Origin: an uncultured Opitutales bacterium
Lineage (GTDB): Bacteria > Verrucomicrobiota > Verrucomicrobiia > Opitutales > Intestinicryptomonadaceae
Length of the DNA stretch: 32,000 bases
Assembly (NCBI GenBank): GCA_934660865.1
Contig: CAKUIA010000008.1
Location: 60,001-92,000, forward strand
Direction: 5' to 3'
The position numbers were made by a program, and so were the translations under genes. The notes beneath the pieces were generated by a model that worked only from the letters and a program-made list of their open reading frames with translations, made no database searches and was not told where the DNA came from. Shown here in pieces: positions 25,835 to 32,000 of the stretch (within the stretch, counting starts at the first letter, position 1; every line of letters begins with the position of its first letter).

Positions 25835-27379
25835 TTATTTGTTTTTGGCGATGTTTAACGGTTTACCCGTAAAATAGTTCCAAATTTCGGCATATGTTTG
25901 TTTTGCGGTGGGCAAAACGCCCGTCTTTTTCAGGTAGGCGTTTTGTATTGCGTCAAGCGCCTCAATCCACCTGTAGTAGCGGAACTCGTGCAATTCGTCT
26001 TCGCCCTTAAATTGGGGGAACTTCTTCTTAAATTCGGGCCCATTCATAATGCTTCGGCGGAAATCGTCGCCCGACGGCTTTTCGGGAGAATTTAAGTAGG
26101 CTATGGATTTTTCAAGCTCGGCGCTGCCGGGATTCCTGCCAAGCATTTCAACAAAGGCCGTTTCTACAACCGCCTCGGCTTCGGGGCGGGTATATTCGTA
26201 TTTGCAGAATTTTGTGGTGGGCTTGCGCTCTACTTTGCCGTTGCGCAAAAGACGCACAAAATAGCCGTCGCTTACAACAAACTCTTTTTGCAAAGTGCAG
26301 TTTGTGTAGGTGTCTTTTACGGCGTAAAACGCGGCGGCCTTTGGCGGCGTTAAATTGCCCGTACCGTCGCCTACGCCCGAGTGTACGGCCGTGCTTTTGT
26401 TGTTTATAACCTTAAAATTGTCTACCTGGAAAACCACAAAGCCGTAGCCCATTGCCTTGCCCGTAATAAGGTTGTTTTCTACGGTAGCGCCGCGCAAAAT
26501 CATATTCTTTTCGCCGAAGCCCCAAATTTGCCTGCCCATGGGGAAGGCTATGTGCACTTTGGCACCCCTTGCGTCTACAATGTTGTTTCTAAGAACCAAG
26601 CCGTCGTACGAATATGTTTCGCCAGCATTGGGAACTTTGTAGGGGGCGGCTCTGTCTACCATATTAAACCCGCCCAAAGGCTCGCGCGAAACGCCCGCTA
26701 CAACATTTTCCTCGATAAGCGAATCGGGCGCGCAAAATATGGCAATACCCACGTCGCTGGGGTCTATCATAAGGTTGTTTTTTATGTGGGTTTGCTGGGC
26801 CGAGCATGTCATTGTGTCGCCCCAATACGAAATCGGCTCGCCTTGGGCGGCTCCGTTGCCGCGGCAGTCGCCGCCGCCGCCGAACATTATGCAGTCGAAA
26901 ACCTTTATGCCCTTCGCGGGGCTGTCGAGCTTAAGCAGGGTGCCCATTCTGCCGTAGGCAAAAAAGCATTCTTTTACCTCGCAATCTCCCGAATCTTTGC
27001 CGCCTACATGCACCATGCCGTCGCCCCTGCGCGGCGAAAGCTCGTAGCGGTTGCCGTGAAAAATTACGTTTTTGATTTTCTGGTTTTTGCCGCGGCTGAC
27101 CAAAGTGGCGGTCATTTCGGGATTGTCGGCTTTCAGAGTGGCGTAGTCTTTTACGGTTTTTGCGTCGGCCGTATATACCTTTTGGCCGTTTCTACGCAAG
27201 GCAAGCGTTCTGCTTATATAGTAGGTTTCGCCCTTTTTTAAGACAAGGTCTTTGCCCGAATCCAGGATTTTTTGAAGGTCGTCGTTCGGCAAGGCGTTGG
27301 GTTCTTCGGCGCCTGCCGAAAAGCCCAATGCAAAAGTTGCCGCGAATAAGAATATGGTTTTAAAATAGCCGTGTTTCAT
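25835..27379 (-). CDS. Secreted right-handed beta-helix repeat protein with a DUF4214-like C-terminal module
   Basis: 514-aa ORF with signal peptide MKHGYFKTIFLFAATFALGFSAGA. The middle has repetitive N/G/V-rich beta-helix-like strands (NNLMIDPSDVGIAIF, ENVVAGV, RNNIVDARGAKVHI, ENNLITG). The C-terminus (AFVEMLGRNPGSAELEKSIAYL...SIMNGPEFKKKF) resembles DUF4214. Confidence 0.7.
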   Translation of the reverse strand: MKHGYFKTIFLFAATFALGFSAGAEEPNALPNDDLQKILDSGKDLVLKKGETYYISRTLALRRNGQKVYTADAKTVKDYATLKADNPEMTATLVSRGKNQKIKNVIFHGNRYELSPRRGDGMVHVGGKDSGDCEVKECFFAYGRMGTLLKLDSPAKGIKVFDCIMFGGGGDCRGNGAAQGEPISYWGDTMTCSAQQTHIKNNLMIDPSDVGIAIFCAPDSLIEENVVAGVSREPLGGFNMVDRAAPYKVPNAGETYSYDGLVLRNNIVDARGAKVHIAFPMGRQIWGFGEKNMILRGATVENNLITGKAMGYGFVVFQVDNFKVINNKSTAVHSGVGDGTGNLTPPKAAAFYAVKDTYTNCTLQKEFVVSDGYFVRLLRNGKVERKPTTKFCKYEYTRPEAEAVVETAFVEMLGRNPGSAELEKSIAYLNSPEKPSGDDFRRSIMNGPEFKKKFPQFKGEDELHEFRYYRWIEALDAIQNAYLKKTGVLPTAKQTYAEIWNYFTGKPLNIAKNK

Positions 27380-27429
27380 AATGCTTTGCAGGTAATTAGA
27401 TTACAAACAAAGCCGTTGCAACAAAAAAA

Positions 27430-30192
27430 CTACCTTACAACCGATTTTCTTGTTTCGTTTTTGCCCGCCTGCACCTGCCTTAGCAGCGAAACCTGCGCGC
27501 TTAGCCCCACAAACAGCACCCTTTGGCAGTCTTTAAAGAAAGATTCAAACGAATCGAACGCCTCGCGCTCGAATTCGCAATAGGGGTCTTTTTGTGCGTA
27601 CGAGCGCAAATATATGCCCTCCCTTATGTCGTCGAGGCGCGCAATATGGCGTCTCCAGGCCGAGTCTACGGCATACAGCATTGCGTCTTTTTTCGCCTGA
27701 GCCGGGTTTTGCATATTCTCGAAGGCCGAATCGAAAAAGCTTTTTGCGTCCTGCTTAAGCTTTTGGGCTATGGCTTTTGAATCCATACTCTTTAGCGACT
27801 GTACCGACGCGAAAACGGGCACGCACTGCTTAATCATATCCACCGCGTTTTGCAGGGCGTTGTCGTCCGGCATGCAATCGTCTTCGGGCAGATATTCGCC
27901 GCAGGCACTGTCTATTGCCTCCGAAAGTTTGCGCTCGAACAACACATTCGGGTCTTTTGCGAATATGATTTCGTCGCGCATGGCGTAGGCAACAGCCCTT
28001 TGCTTGTTCGACGGGTTGTCGAATTTAAGCATTTGCTTGCGGGCTGCGGTGTAGTCGCTTTCCACGCTTTCCTGCGCCTTTGCTATTGTGCGGGCAATAA
28101 GCGGGTGGCTGAACGGAACGCCGTCTTGGTGCCTGTTTTTCATTACATACTGATACGGCGACAAGTCGGCGTGTATTCGCAAAAGGTCGTCCTGAAAGCT
28201 TACAACAAAAACCGTTTCGCCGTTGTCGCCCTGGCGCGCGCACCTGCCCATAAGCTGGCGGTCTACCCTGGGAGAATGGTGGTGGTCTACCGCAATTATA
28301 AAGAGGCCGCCAAGCTCGTTTACGCCGTCGCCCAGCTTTATGTCGGTGCCCCTGCCCGCCATGTTTGTCGAAATTGTTATCTGCCCATTTTGCCCCGCCT
28401 GCGCTACAATTTTAGCTTCAAACTCGTCGTTTTTGGCGTTTAGAACATTGTGGGGAATATTCTGCATTTTCAGCATTTTCGAAAGCAGCTCGGAATCTTC
28501 CACGCTTGAAGTGCCGACAAGCACGGGTCTGCCCAAAGAGCGGGCGTTTACAATAAGCTTTACCGTTGCCAAAAACTTTTCCCTGCGGCTTAGATATACC
28601 AAATCGGGCAGGTCTTTGCGCACGCACGGCTTGTTTGTGGGAATTGCAACGGCGGTCATTTTATAGACGTCGGCAAATTCCTGCGCCAACTCCATAGCCG
28701 TTCCCGTCATGCCCGACAGGAACTTGTACATCTTAAAATAGTTTTGTATGGATATTGTCGCATACGTTGCGTCTTCCGCCTGGATTTTCACGTTTTCCTT
28801 GGCCTCTACCGCCTGGTGCAATCCGTCGCTCCACCTGCGCCCCTCCATAACGCGCCCGGTGTTGGGGTCTACAATCTCTATTTTATTGTTGCGCACAATG
28901 TAGTCTATGTCCCTTTCGTACAGCGAATAGGCCTGCAGCAACTGCGAGACAATGTGTATGCGGTACGACGCCGCAAAGCTCAGCTCGCGCAACTTGTGCT
29001 CGGCGGCAAGCTTTTCCGACTGCGGCATTGTTTTGCTTGCCCTAATTTCGGCAATCTTGCCGTCTATTTCGGGAATGGTAAAGGCATTTGGGTTTTCGGG
29101 CGAAAGGAAGTTTTGCCCCTTTGCAGTAAGCGTTGCGCTGTGGGTGCGCTCGTCTACAACATAGTATAAATGCTCGCTAATTTCGTTTACAATGGCGCGG
29201 CTTAAAGCAACCGTAAGCATTGTCTGGAATTTTTCGAAAGCGACATTTACAACGCCCAGTTTTAAAATCTGCTTGAGTATTTTGTTTTTGGGGTCTGCAT
29301 ATTTTACCTGCATTAGTTTTCTAAGCAATGCGTCGTCTACCGTTGCCGATTTTTGGACATCGCTTAAAACCTCGCGCGCGGTTCTGTTTGCAATTTGAGC
29401 CTGCGAAGCCACCAAACTTTTAACCTGCGGCAGAAATGTTTTGTATGCGTTTTCCGAAGTGTCCTCCTGCGGGCCCGAAATTATAAGCGGGGTTCTCGCT
29501 TCGTCCACCAAAATGGAGTCGGCTTCGTCTACAAGACAGTAAAAGAAACCCCTTTGCACTTTTTCCTCCGGCGTTTCGGCGGTTGAATTGTCGCGCAAAT
29601 AGTCGAAGCCGAACTCGCTTGAAGTGCCGTAGGTAATGTCGGCCAAATAGGCACGCTTTTTTTCGTCCAACGTTTGGTCGGCATATACGCAGTCGCACTT
29701 TAGCCCCAAAAGGGAGTATAACGGGCGCATCCATTCGCAGTCGCGCTTTGCCAAATATTCGTTTACCGTGGCAATGTGGCAGCCCTTGCCGTATAGGGCG
29801 TAAAAATAGGAGGGCAAAGTGGCGATAAGCGTTTTGCCCTCGCCTGTGGCGATTTCGGCAACCATATTTTTAAGCAGCGCCAAACCCGCCAAAAGCTGCA
29901 CTTTGTAGTGCTGCATATTCCAAATATGCGGCTGGCCCAAAACCGTAAAATTTGTTCCCTGCAAAAATTTTGCCGCCTGCCTGACAAGCGCAAAGGCGTA
30001 TATTGCCACGTCTTCGGGCTTTTCGCCAAGGGCAAGCCTCTCCCTTAATTTTTCGGTTTCCGCCGCAAAATCGGCGGCGTTAAAATTTGCGTATTTTAGT
30101 TGCTGTTTTTCTATTTTGGCTATTGCGCCTTGTCCTTTACGCATAAAGCGCTTGCTGCTTACCGCGTCCAGGAACTTATCTATAAAAGACAT
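27430..30192 (-). CDS. secA: Preprotein translocase ATPase SecA
   Basis: The track ORF is 27430-30366. The conserved SecA sequence begins at the internal ATG at 30192-30190 (MSFIDKFLDAV...), preceded by AAGGA with 6-nt spacing. It has Walker A (EIATGEGKTL) and the DEAD-like box (LVDEADSILVDEARTPLIISG). The product ends ...GKNETRKSVVR without a Cys-rich zinc tail. Confidence 0.95.
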   Translation of the reverse strand: MSFIDKFLDAVSSKRFMRKGQGAIAKIEKQQLKYANFNAADFAAETEKLRERLALGEKPEDVAIYAFALVRQAAKFLQGTNFTVLGQPHIWNMQHYKVQLLAGLALLKNMVAEIATGEGKTLIATLPSYFYALYGKGCHIATVNEYLAKRDCEWMRPLYSLLGLKCDCVYADQTLDEKKRAYLADITYGTSSEFGFDYLRDNSTAETPEEKVQRGFFYCLVDEADSILVDEARTPLIISGPQEDTSENAYKTFLPQVKSLVASQAQIANRTAREVLSDVQKSATVDDALLRKLMQVKYADPKNKILKQILKLGVVNVAFEKFQTMLTVALSRAIVNEISEHLYYVVDERTHSATLTAKGQNFLSPENPNAFTIPEIDGKIAEIRASKTMPQSEKLAAEHKLRELSFAASYRIHIVSQLLQAYSLYERDIDYIVRNNKIEIVDPNTGRVMEGRRWSDGLHQAVEAKENVKIQAEDATYATISIQNYFKMYKFLSGMTGTAMELAQEFADVYKMTAVAIPTNKPCVRKDLPDLVYLSRREKFLATVKLIVNARSLGRPVLVGTSSVEDSELLSKMLKMQNIPHNVLNAKNDEFEAKIVAQAGQNGQITISTNMAGRGTDIKLGDGVNELGGLFIIAVDHHHSPRVDRQLMGRCARQGDNGETVFVVSFQDDLLRIHADLSPYQYVMKNRHQDGVPFSHPLIARTIAKAQESVESDYTAARKQMLKFDNPSNKQRAVAYAMRDEIIFAKDPNVLFERKLSEAIDSACGEYLPEDDCMPDDNALQNAVDMIKQCVPVFASVQSLKSMDSKAIAQKLKQDAKSFFDSAFENMQNPAQAKKDAMLYAVDSAWRRHIARLDDIREGIYLRSYAQKDPYCEFEREAFDSFESFFKDCQRVLFVGLSAQVSLLRQVQAGKNETRKSVVR

Positions 30193-30199
30193 TTTGTTT

Positions 30200-30282
30200 C
30201 CTTGATTTTTTGTTGTTGTGTTCGCCGCGGCGCAGAACGGTGCACCGAGGTGTGTATTAAACGCAAAAACAAAAATCAAAGG
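30200..30282 (-). promoter_or_regulatory. Imperfect inverted repeat able to pair the secA ribosome-binding region with the 3' end of the upstream ORF
   Basis: In the transcript, CCUUUGAUUUUU (complement of 30282-30271) can pair with AAAAAUCAAGG (complement of 30210-30200). That gives 11 bp with one bulged U and a 60-nt loop. The proximal arm covers the AAGG of the secA SD-like AAGGA, and the distal arm contains the upstream ORF's TGA stop (30278-30276). Confidence 0.3.
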
Positions 30283-30647
30283 GTAAACACGCACAAAAGC
30301 GAACGCCTTGCACTCGGCAAAATCGCCCGTTTTAAAGGCGCAACAAACAACGGGGCAAAGCGGCAACTAGATATAAATATTTTGTAAAATTTTGTCGAAG
30401 ACAGCGCCGCAAACAAAACCGGCAAAAGCAAAAACAGCGAAACCGGGCGTTTCTTGTCTTTCTTCTTTTTGCCCGACAACACGCTGCAAGTTTCGGGCGC
30501 CTTGGTAAAGGCCTCGTTTTCGGCGCAATATGCCGACGACGGAGCGTTAACCGCCCCCATATATTCGCGGGCAAAAACGCCCGCGCTTTTAAGCGGCGCA
30601 AACAATGCGGACAACACCGCAAGCATCATAACGCCAATATAACTCAT
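30276..30647 (-). CDS. Hypothetical small protein with hydrophobic segments, encoded directly upstream of secA (coding status uncertain)
   Basis: 123-aa ORF with an ATG at 30647-30645. It has a hydrophobic N-terminus (MSYIGVMMLAVLSALFAPLKSAGVFA), a KKKKDKKRP cluster and a second hydrophobic stretch (VSLFLLLPVLFAAL). I recognise no family. The last ~40 codons run through AT-rich, promoter-like sequence, which lowers confidence. Confidence 0.35.
   Translation of the reverse strand: MSYIGVMMLAVLSALFAPLKSAGVFAREYMGAVNAPSSAYCAENEAFTKAPETCSVLSGKKKKDKKRPVSLFLLLPVLFAALSSTKFYKIFISSCRFAPLFVAPLKRAILPSARRSLLCVFTL
30370..30398 (-). promoter_or_regulatory. Promoter-like motif inside the upstream ORF (possible secA-proximal promoter)
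   Basis: The minus strand reads TCGACA (30398-30393), a 17-nt spacer, TATATC (30375-30370). It would give a 5' UTR of about 170 nt for secA. This competes with the reading of the upstream ORF as a genuine coding leader. Confidence 0.25.
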
Positions 30648-30656
30648 AAACAGAAT

Positions 30657-30685
30657 TTAATCGCCGTTTTGTAAAAACTTGTCAA
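30657..30685 (-). promoter_or_regulatory. Putative sigma70-type promoter for the upstream ORF and secA unit
   Basis: The minus strand reads TTGACA (30685-30680, perfect -35), a 17-nt spacer, GATTAA (30662-30657), then 9 nt, then the ATG at 30647. Confidence 0.3.
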
Positions 30686-30719
30686 GCGATAAAACATTGA
30701 AAAAGAGTGTTTAAAGCAA

Positions 30720-30743
30720 TTTGCCCTCCCCGGATTCGGCAAA
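30720..30743 (-). terminator. Weak terminator-like hairpin downstream of the 30769-31317 gene
   Basis: 6-bp stem tttgcc (30720-30725) / ggcaaa (30738-30743) with a 12-nt loop. On the minus strand it is followed by TTGCTTTAAACACTCTTTTT. The stem is short and the call is marginal. Confidence 0.3.
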
Positions 30744-30768
30744 GAGCGAAAAACACACTAAAAAGCGC

Positions 30769-31317
30769 CTATCGGTTTTCGTTTTTTTGCAGCTGGGTAC
30801 TTTGCAGAATTTGCAACTCGGTTTCTTTTATCCTTTTGCCATACCGCTCTTTTACAACGGCTATATCTTTTGCCTGTAGCAAAATTTCAGAAAACTGCTC
30901 GTTTAAATGCGCATCTTTCCTGATTGCATCTTCAATAAATATCAACGCGTCTAAAAAATTTTTGTGGCGTTTATATTTTAATATATACTGCAAATCTACT
31001 GCGCAAAAAATTCTGTCTATCTGCCAATCGTATGTGTTGCCGGGCCACGCCAAATAATGCGCAAAAATAAAAGCCTTTGCAAATTGCAGTGGGTCGCTAA
31101 AACGCGAAAGACGTTTTTGCATATCGTAGTTGTATGTATATTTGCGTTCAGCTTCGTTGTATTGCGAAGTTTTTGCCAAATCCAGCGAATTGATTTCAAG
31201 CAAAAACGAAATAATTTCGGCATTAGCGGCCTGCTTTTTGCGGCTGTCTTCCAAATCGGCAAAAGCAAGAGGCTGCAAAACAAGCAACCATAGCGAAAAT
31301 ATGCAACGAAATTTCAT
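30769..31317 (-). CDS. Hypothetical secreted protein (orphan) in an AT-rich patch
   Basis: The track ORF is 30769-31359. The internal ATG at 31317-31315 gives signal peptide MKFRCIFSLWLLVLQPLAFA/DLE. I recognise no motifs. Local composition is visibly more AT-rich than the flanks. Confidence 0.55.
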   Translation of the reverse strand: MKFRCIFSLWLLVLQPLAFADLEDSRKKQAANAEIISFLLEINSLDLAKTSQYNEAERKYTYNYDMQKRLSRFSDPLQFAKAFIFAHYLAWPGNTYDWQIDRIFCAVDLQYILKYKRHKNFLDALIFIEDAIRKDAHLNEQFSEILLQAKDIAVVKERYGKRIKETELQILQSTQLQKNENR

Positions 31318-31324
31318 GCCGCAA

Positions 31325-31353
31325 ATTATTGTAGCAAACACTATATATTTCAA
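31325..31353 (-). promoter_or_regulatory. Putative sigma70-type promoter for the 31317 gene, implying a leaderless or near-leaderless mRNA
   Basis: The minus strand reads TTGAAA (31353-31348), a 17-nt spacer, AATAAT (31330-31325, 5/6 match to TATAAT), then ttgcggc, then the ATG at 31317. Confidence 0.35.
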
Positions 31354-31432
31354 GGGCAAAAATTTTCGGCGGGCTTTAAGGCTTGCATATGTGCATTAAA
31401 AACAAACACTGTTTTGCAAATTACAAAAATTT

Positions 31433-32000
31433 ATGCAGGCAAACTTTTCATACACCGACACCGTTGTTTTAATTCTATACTTTTTGGCGACTATGGGCTT
31501 TGGCTTTGCGTCGCTAAAAAAAAGCTCTACAGTAGAGGGCTTTACGGCGGCAAAACGCTCAATGCCGGGGTGGCTTACGGGGCTTTCCATTTTGGGCTCG
31601 TTTGTTAGCAGCATAAGCTTTTTGGGCTACACGGGCAAAGCCTACGCGGGCAACTGGAACGCCTATGTTTGGTGCTTTTCAATGCCCGTTGCAACCTTTT
31701 TTGCAGCGCGTTATTTTGTGCCTTTCTACCGCAAAATAGGCAGCGTTTCGGCGTACGAAAATTTGGAAAAGCGCTTCGGAACTTGGGCAAGGCTTTATGC
31801 CGACATTTGCTATTTGCTTACGCAGATAGCCAGAATAGCCTCGGTTTGCTACCTTATGGCGCTGCCTATGAGCGCGCTGTTTAACTGGAATATATACTAC
31901 ATTGTGCTTTTAACGAGCGCGGCCGTAATTTTATATTCGTTTGTAGGCGGCATTGTTGCCGTTATTTGGACGGAGGCAATGCAAACCGTGGTTTTAATTA
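31433..32000 (+). CDS. Sodium:solute symporter (SSS) family transporter, 5' part only; runs off the window
   Basis: Not in the ORF track because it has no stop inside the window. Manual translation from the ATG at 31433 gives MQANFSYTDTVVLILYFLATMGFGFASLKKSSTVEGFTAAKRSMPGWLTGLSILGSFVSSISFLGYTGKAYAGNWNAYVW..., which is the typical SSS N-terminal architecture. The frame is open to 32000. Confidence 0.85.
   Translation, partial: MQANFSYTDTVVLILYFLATMGFGFASLKKSSTVEGFTAAKRSMPGWLTGLSILGSFVSSISFLGYTGKAYAGNWNAYVWCFSMPVATFFAARYFVPFYRKIGSVSAYENLEKRFGTWARLYADICYLLTQIARIASVCYLMALPMSALFNWNIYYIVLLTSAAVILYSFVGGIVAVIWTEAMQTVVLI

Noticed and set aside
27380-27429. 8-bp palindrome gttgcaac downstream of secA, considered as a possible terminator.
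   Set aside because: A self-complementary octamer has no loop and cannot form a meaningful hairpin, and no U-tract follows it. secA and the downstream beta-helix gene may be co-transcribed.
30193-30366. 58-codon N-terminal extension of the secA ORF (MPLCPVVCCAFKTGDFAECK...).
   Set aside because: The extension is Cys/Phe-rich and unlike any SecA N-terminus. The conserved SecA sequence begins at the ATG at 30192, which has an AAGGA element 6 nt upstream.

Overview
Dense 32-kb chromosomal segment, by eye about 50% GC, with one AT-rich patch at about 30.65-31.43 kb. I can support about 29 protein-coding genes, two of them cut by the window edges. Most are housekeeping genes: an ABC-F ATPase, Fe-alcohol dehydrogenase, HPr, DUF374 protein, RRM RNA-binding protein, ribD, MBL hydrolase, leuB, alaS, queF/queE/queD, xth, a SNF2 helicase, glgA, a PfkB kinase, queA, secA and an SSS transporter. 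There is also a secreted glycan-processing set: an alpha/beta esterase, two SASA-type esterase paralogs, a TAT-signal Gfo/Idh/MocA oxidoreductase and a beta-helix protein. I found no rRNA, tRNA, CRISPR array, transposase, integrase or phage genes, and no known defence system. Intergenic gaps are too short for riboswitches upstream of the que, rib, leu or alaS genes. Gene content loosely suggests a glycan-degrading, PVC-like bacterium, but I cannot assign taxonomy from sequence alone. Overall the region looks ordinary, with no convincing complete novel system. Five observations merit a second look: (1) a perfect in-frame 180-bp tandem duplication, bounded by 9-bp microhomology, that doubles the catalytic GQSNM block of one SASA esterase; (2) a hydrophobic-N-terminus upstream ORF ahead of secA whose stop codon lies inside an inverted repeat complementary to the secA ribosome-binding region, a possible SecM-like or coupling leader; (3) a gap-free co-directional array glgA-SNF2-xth-queD-queE-queF-thioredoxin, with a 14-nt SNF2/xth overlap; (4) an RRM protein with a ~145-aa F/D/R/K/G-rich tail; (5) recurrent TTGACA-N17-(-10) promoter-like motifs ending 6-11 nt before ATGs, implying leaderless or near-leaderless mRNAs.
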